Shown: positions 50,774 through 64,000 of the stretch, in pieces | How positions within the stretch are numbered: position 1 is the stretch's first letter | Layout of the letters: each line of letters begins with the position of its first letter | From: Ruditapes philippinarum | Taxonomy: Eukaryota | Length of the DNA: 64,000 nt | Direction: 5' to 3' | Assembly (NCBI RefSeq): GCF_026571515.1 | Contig: NW_026857242.1 | Span: 372,001-436,000, forward strand | Program-made: the position numbers and the translations under genes | Notes under the pieces: model-generated | What the model was told of the DNA's origin: nothing | Databases searched by the model: none | The model's input: only the letters and a program-made list of their open reading frames with translations

Positions 50774-52843
50774 GTAAGGTCATACTTCTCTTAGTGTCTT
50801 TTTTCCAATAAATATGAAAATGATCTCATACACATATTATTTAATAAATTACGTTATCTTTTTTTCCTATTCTTTTTGGAATTCCCCCGACAAACGTGAA
50901 ACCGGTATTTTTTTAGTGCATGCATCTTAAAAACCGATATTTTAGCTTGGAATAGTTGGTTTATTTTTATATATTTATGTACGCTTAGTCCAAGTTATTT
51001 CGAACATTAGTAATGCAAAAAGATATATAGCCAGTTTTAATGCGTTTTAAAAGCCGATGAGTCTTAATGTCTCTCATAATTTAAAAGGTTAATTGTGCTT
51101 AAACACGACAATATCGTTGTTTTAATTGTATGCAAGTATGCTGAACGCCATATTTGACTGTTCTATTCTAAATATAGCAATACAAATATTGTTGACATGT
51201 TAGAAATACCGGTACGTTCTGACAGACTGCTCGGTGATTATTGGCGACATGCCTTTAATGCTAGTGTTTACTTTATGTAGGGAACACATTCATTAATTAA
51301 GTAGATGTTAAACAAACCCTTTGATAATTTCGCTAACACTTACGTTCTTTGAATTTTGTATTGTTTTCACACAATCGATTAATACGAGTATATGTACCAT
51401 GTAAAAATGAAAATTATTTTCATGATATAGCACGATTTAAAACAGCAAAATTGCACAAAGAACATAATTTACTGTAAGCAATATAACGCCAGGGCAGCTT
51501 TAGTTGATTATTTTGATTGGTAAGCTTTAAGCGTTCTGCCATGTAATAAGTCAACAAAAGTTGAACATGTTTAGTAAAAGGTATTGTATTGATTTTACTT
51601 TCCTTGATTCAATTAAGTAATTGAGTTGCCCTGCTTTGAAATTGAACTCTCCATTGTAAATTGTATGATTGCAAGTATTTCAAGATACTATACGAAACTG
51701 TCAATTGGATGTATGGGTGTAAGAAAATTTCATAATTATAGTTATAAAAGATTATAAAATTATAAAATACATAATTGCTAAATGAAGCACTATGCCAATG
51801 ATATAATAATAAGGTAAACTTTCGGATACTACTGATAATATCATGTTCCTGCGCAAATATTAAAATACGTACTTAAATAAATAGCAAAACAAATATTGTA
51901 TCAGTCTCCACACATACAGTATGTACCTCAATACAGTACAGTATATGCCTCAAACAAAAACATTTTTTTGAAAAGGTACTAGTATCTTTTGTCAAAAGAC
52001 ATGAACATATATCGTATAATTATAAGGCGTATGTTTCAACACAATCAAAATAAATGTTTAAGCATTACTGAATCAATTTTTAATTCAATCTTAATCAATC
52101 ATTTTTTTTCTGTCGTAGCAAGGACCTTTTTGGCCATCAAATTAATATAGATTAACCTCACATATCAAATATAGTTTCAAATGCTATCAAATATCCAATG
52201 TTTGGGAAGTAATAACTAGCTGAATAATTTAGTTTAAAAGTCTTTGAACAGCGGCAAGCAAATATTAGAAATATTTATCTTTTCAATGCTTTACAATACA
52301 ACATGGATCTTTCAACAAAATTGATGATATAACTGTAAAATTACCTCTGATATCAATTTTGTTTAACAACACTTTAAATATTATTTAAAACATTCAAACG
52401 TACTCTTGATAAGAAGGGAAAATGAAAGGAATTAAAAAAGTTTCATTCGATTTGGGTGCAATAGATTATCAGGTACATGCACTTTCTTGTGCATTTTCTT
52501 ATAAATTCAAAACATTAAATCTTAGTTTGATACGTTTACGATAAATCAAGCATAATTTAGAAAATAAGTGGAACAGCATGTTATCATTAAGAAAAAAGGA
52601 CACTTATAATATCAAAGTGATGTCACTGTGGCGCCATAGCCAATTGTTCCATTTCATGCAAAAGCGGGTTAAATATTCAAATTCATGTTTCTGAGAAAGT
52701 AAACTATGCAAAGCGTCTTTTATTAGAATTAATCATTTATGAGAAGTTTTTTTTATATGGTTCCATATTTCGATGTAGATCATTTTGTATGTATTTGTTA
52801 TACTTTTGTAGAAATATTTTTGCTTTGATTGAAACATTATATG

Positions 52844-53460
52844 TTATTTTGGTTTTGGAGTGATATATGTGGATATATTACCTGATAAGATTTTATATCA
52901 CCCGAGCCGTTAGGCGAGGGCGATATTTTATCTTGGCAGGTAATATATCCACATATATCACTCCAAAACCAAAATAATAATTTTATTACCCTTCCCCTGC
53001 CGAGTTTAGACGATTTTTAAAAAAAATTATTGCTGTTTCAAATGAAACGTCGAAATAAGATTCCCTTTAGGGTACCTCTTCGTCTCAACATGACGTCACA
53101 TATATACATGACGTATTTTTTCCCGTACCTAACGAATGTAAACAAGAGAGAAGGAGTAGTCTGTTGAACGCACTTTTTGTAATTAATATCAAGCTTTCAC
53201 AAGGTCATATTTGTTTTCGATACTGATGGTTATATGTATGGTTACTCTACTTTGGTAAATATTTCTCATTTGACAGTTAAAAAGTGCTTTTAAATCGGAA
53301 TTTACACCGCGTAAAATCGAACCGTACGCGCATCACCTCAGCGCATGTTGTTTACAACGTTGGGTACCCAACGGGGAAATTTAGTGTGTATATTACCCGT
53401 CTGGCTCGGTTATATCAATTTCTTTCGGGTGATCAATATCCAATCAAAAAGGCGGAAAAA
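52844..53460 (+). mobile_element. hairpin-capped non-autonomous DNA element
   Basis: Near-perfect ~60-bp stem at 52844-52977 with central gagccgttaggcgag, followed by a CpG-richer body. The right end is uncertain. Confidence 0.6.
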
Positions 53461-53462
53461 TT

Positions 53463-53524
53463 ATAGTGCAACATAACACATGATAGTGCAACACAACACA
53501 TGATAGTGCAACAAAACACATGAT
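53463..53524. repeat. 3 x 20-bp tandem repeat (atagtgcaacaNaacacatg)
   Basis: Directly visible tandem copies. Confidence 0.9.
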
Positions 53525-54219
53525 TCTAGATTATCTTAAGGGACTGTTCATTGCATCTTATGAGAATTTGTTTGTTATATAAAGAGAACCAGCGTTGCAT
53601 CAAAGATCGTGCATGTTATCTAGTAACAACTAGCGTCTTATTTAATCAAGCGTACACGTTACCAACAGACAAAGTCATATAATTGGATTGTACACATATT
53701 AAATAAGAACGTGTGAGTTATCAAGGTTGAACCGTGCTTGTTATCTTAAAGAAAAAAAATGTTTTCAAATGAGAAAGCGATAACGCACACCAAGTACCGA
53801 AGAAGGATGTCCTGCACTAGACATTGTATTCATGGGCCTTCTAATAGTGAATGTTTTACTGTGAAAGAAAGAGCATAATAATTATATTTGTTTAAAAACT
53901 AGAACATATAGATTTCTAATTTCCAAAAATATCTTTAAGCTCTGTCACATTAAATGGGCAACAGAGGGCTTTATTAGTACATTACAATTTTAAACTTAAC
54001 TGTTTGAACTTAAGGGAAATGTTATTATTGATTCATTATTTGTTATAATACAGAATCTGAATTTTAAATTTGCCGAGCTCTTATTCAAATATTAAGACCT
54101 AACACCTAAGAGATAGCATTTTGTAACTTATAAATTTGTTAAAGTATTGCCATGGTTTTTGTTTTTATTTCTATATGGAAATAGTAAATGTAAATGTTAA
54201 GACAAAGGTTTAAAGGTTC

Positions 54220-54255
54220 ATGTCAGAAGGATCGTTTGTCATGGAGTATAACGAG
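54220..54255 (+). CDS. candidate alternative first coding exon of HCN (MSEGSFVMEYNE)
   Basis: ATG at 54220, 12 open codons, donor GAG|gtatgg in phase 0, in frame with the exon at 56302. Lies in a locally GC/CpG-richer island (54220-54345). Confidence 0.35.
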
Positions 54256-55278
54256 GTATGGATGACCCGAGTGGCGACATGTTAATTATGTGCATCGGAA
54301 ACCCATTTCTCATCTGCCGGAAACGGAAGGAATGTCTCGGTGATTTGTAATTTGGTCTGCATTTGTGGCTGTTATTTTCTCTAGAAAATATCATGTATAA
54401 ATCTTTTTATTTGATAAAAACCTTCGTAAATGCTGAGACACCCCACCCCATACTTACAGATGAGTATTTATTTCATGCATGCAAAATTTAAATCGTGCTT
54501 TCGTAATATTCAATGATATATATTATAAAAAAAACAGCTTTGATGTTAATAAGTGCAATGTGTTTTTCTCTTCTGTCTAGCCAATTTCATTAGTGTACTC
54601 AGATTTTTTTTGACAACTTTATTTAAAAAGAAAACAAAAACATTGTGTAAGCAAGGAAGGTTGTTTGCTCTGTAATGTGCCCCTTTAAAATCGCACTGAT
54701 AGCTTTAACCTGTTGAAAAACTTGGTCATTAAACTTATGATTAGCTGACACATACCACCACCATCTAAGGATAGATTTGTATTTTTAATTGTTAAACTGT
54801 GCAATGCAACAATTCAATTGTCCCATAATAAAAACACTTGATTTCACTGTGAATGCGACATGAAAGGTGTTGCAATGGCTTGGAGCTTTGTTCCGATTAT
54901 TATTTCTGAAGAAAGTGTGTGTCATCAAAAAGTTTATAGCTCTTCGTTAGAAAATTCGGACTTAAGTAAGCAACAAAATCAGATTAAACAGATTTATATA
55001 TTGTTTTCATGTGCCAGATAAAATATACGCACTTACAATCATCATCCCCTTCCGAACACAATACAAATTTCCGTCTTCTATAAAAACAAAATGGCAGCTG
55101 AAATTACGCGGATAATAATATCAAAATACTATTTTCTTCTATTGTGCTCAATTTATTTCCTTTGGTCACATTCAGCTGTATTGAGTGTTTACATATTTCT
55201 CTTGTTGATCACTCTTTTCATTTTAACTACGTTTTTCTATAATAGGAATCTTTTAAAGTCTTTAAAATTTGAGTAACG

Positions 55279-55374
55279 ACACCAACAATTGATACGATTA
55301 ATTATTGATATAAAAACAATTAATACAACTGAACGTGACCAAAAGGAATCATTAATCGTATCAATTGTCGGTGT
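55279..55374. repeat. 24-bp inverted repeat with 48-nt spacer (mini-MITE-like)
   Basis: acaccaacaattgatacgattaat / attaatcgtatcaattgtcggtgt, one mismatch. Confidence 0.85.
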
Positions 55375-56301
55375 GTTTTTTCTATTCTCAGCACAAATAA
55401 AACAAATGTAAGTTATCTAGGAATAACTTGTGCTTTTATCCATAAGGTAAACAATTTTGGCACTTCTCTTTGAACAGTGTGACGAGAGTTACTCCCCTTT
55501 ATATGGTGAACTATCGAGAAAAAATATCGTATTAATAAAATCCCGTACATCAATATGACAAAAGTCATGAATTGGAATTTTATATCACTAGGGAAACGCA
55601 ACCCTAGAATCTATAAGATCGCTGAGTGAAGAAATATTTTTATTTGTTAAATAAGAAACACCGTACGTTCCTCGTTTTATAAAAACAGAAATGTAAAAAA
55701 AATCAGTCATTTATTCTGATCATATATGGAAAATGATCTTAAAACTTGTGTAACGTGTTTAGACGAACTAAAGAAGGGCAGATGTGATTGATTTTTTCTG
55801 TTGATAAATTTTACTTATGGACAGTAATATGTTTGTGTTAAAAATAAACATACTTCCGTTAATCTAAATATCAGGTATCAGTTCAATGATCTATAATTCG
55901 CTCACTAAATTCCTTCAGTACGTTAATTAATATATTATCATACAGAAAACAGATACATTCTTTCAAACTGTTATATACTGAACGTTCGTGTTTACAGCAC
56001 CGTTTGATTCTTCGCGAGAAGTTCATAATTGGATAATTAGTAGTTATCAGGAATTTTAGCGGTTCTTTATAGCAAATACCATATTTATGTAATCATTATT
56101 CAAGGATTTATAAAAAAATATTTACTTAATTTCATTATTTAACGCTTGAAGATGGGTTAAAATAAATCAACGCGAACAGGGAATAATTTACGGTAAATAT
56201 GAATACCAGTATTAATCAAAGAAGTTGATCTATTTGTATCACTATAAACTGTGTTAACAGATATCGATATTTATCATAATATCTGTTCTGCTTTTTTTCA
56301 G

Positions 56302-57026
56302 CCTGTTACCTCGAAGGAGGAGGACGTAGCTGCAGACAGCGACGAAACCGTGCGGGATGTTCATGTGTCGGAATCTACCACCGGAAGTTCCCCTCAACAC
56401 TCGTCACCGAAGCTGTCCACACCTCCACACAGGAGGGCTGCGTCACTATGTCCAAGCATACAGAGATCTGATTCAGTTAAGTTTAATAAGAAACCGGCCA
56501 ATGGAAACGCTATAAGATCGATCAATATGGATAATACTCAAAGAACTCCGCGAGCTTCTAAACGCGTTCCGAGTTTAAAACTTAAACGAATGGGCGCGCA
56601 GTCACGGAATTTAAACACTCCAAATACACAGGATAAAATAGATTCTGCTATGCCGTGTTTGCCGCAGTGTGCGCGTGAAAATCCATCGATTACGATCACT
56701 ATAGATTCGGACGATGATTCAATATACAGTGACTATATAAGTCCTGAAATTAACTACAAGCCAGAAATGAAGGTTCAATTTATCGGAGATGAGACTAGCC
56801 TTTATGGCACGCCAAAAGAGGAATTATTGCCGAATAGTACAAATAGTGTTAATATGGAAAAACCAAGTCCAACTAGTTTTTTGAGGGAACAAATTTATGC
56901 ATTTTTCCAACCTTCGGATAATAAGCTTGCTATGAAATTATTTGGCAATAAAAATGCATTGCTCAAAGAAAAGATGCGGCATAAACGCCAAGGGAACTGG
57001 GTTATCCACCCTTGTAGCAATTTCAG
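56302..57026 (+). CDS. HCN: HCN/Ih hyperpolarization-activated cyclic nucleotide-gated channel, large N-terminal exon (gene continues beyond window)
   Basis: Acceptor ctttttttcag|CCT and donor AATTTCAG|gtaagt (phase 2). The translation contains KVQFIGDETSLYGTPKEE and FFQPSDNKLAMKLFGNKNALLKEKMRHKRQGNWVIHPCSNFR, the HCN domain immediately before S1 in invertebrate Ih channels. The intron falls at the conserved F-R|FYWD position. Confidence 0.93.
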
Positions 57027-58457
57027 GTAAGTGATTTTTTTTAATTTTAGAATTAGATATAAAAATCATAACCAATCCCCACAAATCGCATTAATCCCAA
57101 AACCAAAACATAGTCAAGTTATTGTTTCATTTGCATAAACAACAAAAGACAATAGCACATAATCATGATTAAGAGAAAATTAGAAAATTAGATATGATTT
57201 TATAAAAAAAAAACATGCTATCTCTATTACTGTTTTTTTAACAATTATCGCTTCATCATGTTGTGAACGAACATGTACATTTTAAATCAATATTTCTCAA
57301 GACAAACTGCATGGCCATTTTAAGTATATTTGTCATTAGTCACGGATATATTTGGATTGTTGTCATTGAAAACTGTAAATATTCAGTATATATTAATAAA
57401 AAGTCTATATATACATGTGGATCCTTGCAATAAGGTCAAATTTGATCTCTTATAGGAACTATATGTACAACACCAGAGTAAATCATTATTTTCAAAATCA
57501 ATCAGATTTACTTCATCTGTTTTATTTTTAATACGCTGTACATTAGAAAAAATATACGTTTTTGTAATAAGAATCAAATGCATTGATCCAAATCATTTCG
57601 ATGCTTTCATGACGTACGATCTATGTTACTTAGATGCTTATTAGCTTCTTGCATTGATATTCCCCTGCATTAATTAAAGAAGATCAGCTTATCAAAAAAT
57701 CGAATCTGAATAGCGGAGAAAAAACGCAGACGAAAAACAAAAGGTAAACATAATCAATTAATCTATAGCAGTGTAAAAGCTAATCTTAATTTGTTCACAT
57801 ATTTCCCAGACATTTTGTACCATTTGAATTCCCATGGGCAAAATTATATTATTAAACCAGAGCCGAGCACTTGTATGTTTACATCAGTGTTTAAACAGTA
57901 AGAAAATTAGTCGGAGTAACAAACTGGCTAAATTTTGATGTAATGTTATATATAGATTTTTAAAACAAATAATGCATTCCTTCTTTTAAAATATGTGAGA
58001 TAGTTGATTATTTTACGAAATTTGGAAATTAAGTTTAAAGTGTCGCGGTTTCTTTGTCTTTTTTAATTTTTATTTTACTTATTACATCCAGCATGAATGT
58101 CCGTTTTCTGAATTACGTGTAATCTTAAATTTTCATTATTCTTAAATCGTTACATTTTTATTCCAAAGTATTGTGACAGACGACACATATAAGTAGATTT
58201 TTCTTTCTGACGAGACGAATGACTTGTTATTATATGGTATATAACCCTTTTTCGTAAAGGATTGCATTGATTTGATCATTTTTATGGTTAAATGGAATAT
58301 CTTCCTGTATGATGTAGCAAATATTATAAATAGCTTTGAAATGTAATCAGAGACAGCATAGTCTAAACAATGGTCATTAATTTCTTATATAAAACTCCTG
58401 CCTGTTAAATTTTGATATATTTTAAGTAACTTGTAAATATTTATTAATTATATTTGT

Positions 58458-58727
58458 ATATTATAAGTTATAAAGATTTTTGACAGAGTATATGACCCTT
58501 TATAAACGGTTGAGCCGCTTGGCGAGAGATATATTGCAAACAACCGTTTATATTCGGCCATATAACCTGTCAGGAATATTTATAACGAATTTATAATACT
58601 GCGAACTTCCTTTTTTAGAGAAAAAAGTGAGATTTCTTTATAAATTGACAGCAGCCGTGGATATAAAACTATATAAACATCAAGATTATCCAATGAAAAG
58701 TGACGTTACAAACGTACAGTATTATAA
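58458..58727 (+). mobile_element. hairpin-capped non-autonomous DNA element, family C
   Basis: Terminal hairpin with central gagccgcttggcgag; core bounded by ttataatactg...cagtattataa. Paralog at 26360-26578. Confidence 0.75.
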
Positions 58728-59172
58728 GCAGTTTTAACAAAGTCAATTGTCAAAAACAAGATTATTTCACCCGGCTCGATAGGCCTAAATGTCATCTTAA
58801 CATGTGAAAGTTTTTGCCAGTGCATATATTCAATGATCGAGGTTTATTGTTAGAGAGAAATATGATTATTTCAATAAATATTCTTGGGTACAACAGTGAA
58901 GCATGGTATCGCACAGGTTATAAAATGAACTTCCTTAAAACAAAATGATTTCACATACAATTGATTGGCTTTTGCATTAGCGATACGCTGTGTTTGCTAT
59001 GCTATTACAAGTATGAATATCATTATACCATTTTTATAGTCCAAGTGTGACAGAAACCAAAGAAACAAAACATAAGGTTATCATAAACATCGACTATCGT
59101 TAGATTTATTATTATTGCGTTTCTATCTAATCAAAAACATTGGACAGGGCAGCCTGTTCTTCACAAAAGTGT

Positions 59173-59380
59173 TGTTATATTTTGCTGGTCCTTCGGGATC
59201 ATTGATGCCAGCACTATTAAGTGTTGAGACTCGAGTACCGCTCAAGCCGGTGCTATGGGGCGTTAGGGATGTTGCACTGACTGGTTTTCATTATCCCTCA
59301 TGCACAGACTCAATCAAACCGAGTCTGCAATTTTCATGTAATTTTGTTGTGATTAATGCTTCCGGGGGATCACTTTGTTT
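59173..59380 (+). mobile_element. MITE family B, single arm
   Basis: Highly similar to 2453-2655. Confidence 0.85.
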
Positions 59381-61160
59381 CAATCTTGCTTTTGAAAATG
59401 TCAATGGTTCGTGACATAAAACGTTTAGCGAAAGTTTTTTGTTACCTGACTCTGAGAAGAAAAGTTAAGTTGACAACTATGACAGTTGGCATGTATATAT
59501 CGTTTTTCTATATGTTAACAACTTAACGTACATGAGATGCAAATGACAAACGTTCTAACAAAGACTTCACCTTCCAAATTTGCTTAAAATTTTACCTTTT
59601 TAGAAAGAAAATGCTTTTCATTTAAGAAGAAAATGGAAACATATATTGAAAACATTTCAATTCATCTATCTTAATGAATTTTGTCCTTAGAATAAAATTT
59701 TAAAAAAAATACATTACTAACAAGTTCAAACGTTAGTTTTTTTTGCTGTTGTTAGGTATAAACGTGGTTATCAAGCATTTTCAGCTTGAATATACCTAAA
59801 TATCATTTCCTGATTGAGACGACCACCTTTGTTCAAAAATCGTTTTCCTGATATTCCTTTTCTTCCTTAATGTAGTACAGATTGCATTGATTTTATTAGT
59901 CGCCAGTAGAAACCGGCGACTATATTTGTTACAGTTTAATATTATACCTATGGTAGGAGAAGGCCTTAAAACTGAGAATAAAAGCATATCAATTATTGAA
60001 CAATTAAAGACCACATTTATGTTTTAGTAATCTTTAAAATTCAAACATATAATAACGTTGCTCAAAGAAATGAAATATACAAATATTGACATCTTAAAAA
60101 GCAACTGTGCATTTTTTTATAAAATGAATTAAGAACGTATCCCTATGGACAAGTCATTAAACTTAGTGATACTTTTACTTTTTTCTAAGTGTCATGCGAT
60201 GCTATTTTATGACAAATAAATCGTGCATTATATTTGAAATGATACTTTCAAATTATTTGGTTGTTTATATCTTATGAGACCTATTCGATTTTATTATTGT
60301 ATTTAATAATTAACAGGTTCTCCCTATTCTTTTGCAAGAATCACGTGACTACACGTTGTATGTTATTGTTATAAAATCTATTAATAGTAACAAATTGCTG
60401 ATAAGCCATACAGGTAATTTGCGATGTATGGCAGCTGATAAAGTGAAAATCATAGTAATTTTGTATGAATAATTACAAAGTTATTTTTCGTTAATCAGTT
60501 TCATATTTTATATCATTAGAAAGGTCTAGATACTCATATTTTACACATTAAAATAGATTTTCTTGGTAAAGGGTTTCTGTCCTGCTGACGTTAAGTTTAG
60601 GTTAAAGATTACAAAATAAATGTATGCTAGTGGTAATCATCCTTATCCGAAGACTGACGGAAAGGGCCGAGTAGTTGCGATTGAGTGGTAAACGTTGATT
60701 TCGTTATAGTCCGTCGATTTCCGTCGCACAGGTTTCCTGTAGGGAGAATATCCCTGGATCCGGAATCGTATTAGATAGATCTACATAGAGAAAAGTATAA
60801 TCTTCTTTAATCTAAATTATCTTCATGTTGATATTTTATCGCACTGAAAGGCAATTAATTAAACGTTAACTATATCGGATGTAACGACGGGAATATTGAT
60901 ATTATATACATGTATTTTTTCGATATCGCTTAAGAATAATTTTTTATTCAGACACCACTTTTACAGTAGAATTGCATTGTTTCATGCAATAATTAAACAT
61001 ATATATTTTCATAGTTTCTTTGCAAATATTCGATGATTGGTAATTTTTTGTTGGTCATTATCGGATTCTGAACAATTTGGATTTCAATGTATGGTACAAC
61101 GGTATATGTATAAAGTAGAATTACAAGTATTATTACTAGCATATCACTTGCCTTATAAGC

Positions 61161-61428
61161 CTCGATGGCAAGGTGTAAGATTTTTAGTTTATTTCAAATG
61201 AAAGACTGTAGGTTCGATGAGGTGATTTTTTTATGTTTTCTATATTTTGCAAAACTTTACCAGTATGTATTAAGCCTGCTAATCACAATGTAAATTCGTA
61301 CACATGGCAATAAAAATTTATCAAAATTATGAAATCAATATATGAAAACTACAAATAGGCTTTGTCCAAGATTCGAACTTGCGCCTACTAGGTCACAACT
61401 TGGTCATACTTACCACTAGGCCATCGAG
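61161..61428. repeat. inverted pair of tRNA-like (A/B box) modules
   Basis: ctcgatggc...ggttcgatg on + (61161-61220) and ctcgatggcctagtggtaag...gttcgaatc on - (61428-61369). Confidence 0.5.
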
Positions 61429-64000
61429 CAGTATTAATTGATATATAATTATACTTTCAATAAAATCTTTAACATTAATCTTAATAAGTTACGTAAACTA
61501 ACAAGCATCCCCGAAAATTAATGAATCTCATGTCAATATTGCCAAACAATACTTGCTTATTTAATAATGATAACAGTTTCTTGACAATATTGCTAAGCAA
61601 GTTTGCTTTAAATATGATCTTGTATTATGAATAAATATTACTCAATATATTGTTCCTCTCTTCTTTATACTTGAACCATTAAACTGATATTAACTTATAT
61701 TTATGATAATACAATTAATTTTCTATCCGGCGACTTGATGCTTTAGCATCAAAATCTCTACTTGTGTATATTTTAAATACTTATTACATTGTAACTCACT
61801 GCATCTTTATTATAACGACATTACGTTATAAAGCGAGTTAGCCATACAGTTTTATATAGCCAGACCATCTGTACTTCAGTGCTTTGATTATTTCTATCAT
61901 TGTTACAAGAGATCATTATTGTATGCAATTATAACAATAACTTAATCAAGATAAGGAACATAACGTTCTTCTTTCAAGATTAATGTACGCCATATTGTTT
62001 ATACATGCGTTTAATTTTGTGAATAAAATACTGTTTAAACTAAGGTTCTTTACAATGAACAACTTTTTCTTGATAGGGTACGGTCCAACAAACGGTAGAA
62101 CGTTCTGATGTCGTGAAAATCAAAGATTTATTAGCGACAATTTACTTTTATTTAGGGATTTATATGGCTATAATAGATTACTAGAAGTATATATGATTTG
62201 ATATAATGTACATATTCGTCTTTGTATAGCTGTTAAATGATTCCATAATTTAAGGTCATAAAACATAGAACATTATCTCTTCATTTATAACCACTTTAAC
62301 TAAAGTGCATAACATGCACCACAAATGATGATATGAACCTAATGTACATCATTTTCATTTCCTCCCACACAGCTTTTCACTTTCTTTCTCTTTCAGTTAG
62401 AATTATTCTCAAATAAATAACATCAACTCAGATAAATGTTTAAACACAAAAATAACATCTTGCAGATGTTGACTTCAGTATGCTTGACGCAGGATTGAAA
62501 TCTTAGGTATAATGACAGTTTCCTTTAAAATAAAAGAAGTTCTATTAAAGGTATATCAGTTACACGCGGATGATTTTGTTTGATATTTAGCTTACGATTC
62601 TTTTTTGATATTCAGCTTATGTTAATTGTGAATATTGTTTCTGCGCGGGTTTTTTTTTTATTTGATTTTAAGCCAGTTACTATTGCAAACTTCTATTTTT
62701 TATTTCTGTCTAAAATATGATGAATCTTCATTGTAGCAATTTTATCAACAAAAGAGCTTCAATGCTAGCAGTTTTTTTTAAATATACATATTAAGAAATG
62801 TTTTAAATTATTGATGTAATGTAAACGGTAATTAATGCATGCAATAATCTGTTCTTGATTATTCAATGATCAATTTAGGCAATAATCAATTATATAATAA
62901 ATTGTATGAAGCAAAAATGTAAATAAATGTTCTTTCTCTGCAAAGTATAACCCTGATAACCTCCGTGTATGATTCCCTGGGGGAAGTTAGATCATGAACA
63001 CTTCATGTCTGTTAATTGAGTTGAAGATTGCAGAGAAGACGAACTAGACATTGGTGCTATCGAATGACAGATTTATTTGGTGTTAGATAATTAGTTTTAA
63101 TCATTTATAGTAACAATTATTTTTAATATTTTGTTTTTTAAATTATAATTTATCTACTTTTATTTACTTTTGTAGATTTTTATATTGTTATAAAAGTTTT
63201 GGAAATAAAAACGTGTTTTGTATTTACTTTTTTATTTGACTTAAATAAGTAGTTCAATATATTTCATTTGATTACATTAAAAAAATATTATAATGTAAAT
63301 GAATATATAGTGAATATAATAGATAAAAAAGGGTTTGTTTACTGTAATACATTTTCTAGCAATGTAGTTGACCTTTATGATATTTTTATTTTTTATTTTT
63401 TTGATTGCCATAACTTTGTTAGATAAAATAAAAATAATAAAGAAATTGATGAAAAAGTGAGGAATGTTCTGTACAAAGTAAACTCAAAGATTTTTATTTT
63501 TCCAGTTGTGGATGATATTTAATGATATCCAATACATTTGCTCAATTAAACGCCAATAAAATATCAGGCCATATTTTACTCAGTAGCTATATTAATGCGT
63601 GTGAACATACTTAAATTATAAAATCATCAGTAACACAATATCGTACTAGATAAAATGTCAATAGATAATTGATACAAAGACAGATTTTGAAACAGTTGGT
63701 TATATCTAAAAGGTCTATTTTTTAAACATATCATTTCCTTATAAAATGCTTTGATGTTTTATTTTTTTTATTTTTTTTTTTTTTTTTTTTGGTGATGCGA
63801 GTTTTTGGGGGTTATTTACACGCATTTTAAACAATTAAAACTGTTTTCAGCTAATTTTTTTTAAAGATTTTTTATAGCATAGCTTTTGAAATTACCATTT
63901 TAAAGATATTACTACGCAGATGCACGCAAGAGCATAAAACAATGTTAATAGAGCAGCAGAAATATTTCTTACATCGTGACAAATTTAAAATATATTGAAA

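Noticed and set aside
53463-53524. Short repeats as a CRISPR array
   Set aside because: Head-to-tail tandem copies without spacers, in a eukaryotic context.
56251-56301. ORF-track start upstream of the HCN exon
   Set aside because: GTG start in intronic sequence; a clear acceptor lies at 56301.
59115-59414. 99-aa ORF (and 13334-13558)
   Set aside because: Translation of the MITE family B arm.
57027-64000. Next HCN exon (FYWD.../S1)
   Set aside because: I found no acceptor followed by a FYWDL-like frame; the intron apparently extends beyond the window.

Overview
AT-rich eukaryotic (invertebrate) genomic DNA, most likely a mollusc/bivalve judging from the repeat types. The only confidently identifiable host gene is the 5' part of a + strand HCN (Ih) hyperpolarization-activated cyclic-nucleotide-gated channel. 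It has a first coding exon at 50646-50773 (ATG 50681) and a large exon at 56302-57026 ending in the HCN-domain motif ...WVIHPCSNFR; the rest of the gene lies beyond the window. A candidate alternative first coding exon sits at 54220-54255. A young 5'-truncated non-LTR retrotransposon (RT with one frameshift, (GAA)n tail) is at about 37229-39116 on the minus strand. There are many non-autonomous elements: two palindromic MITE families, SINE fragments with a shared 3' tail, a Helentron-type element carrying a dimeric ~170-bp satellite, and hairpin-capped elements including a ~780-bp tail-to-tail palindrome. The least explained feature is the ~45 kb upstream of HCN. It has no long host ORF but contains several families of short (60-170 bp), diverged, same-orientation blocks repeated every few kb: CRE+forkhead+TATA-like modules, and paired ATG-GG|GTAAG mini-exons with downstream TGCATG. 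This looks like an old tandem array of promoter/first-exon modules or decayed micro-exon genes. All alignments and identity figures were judged by eye.
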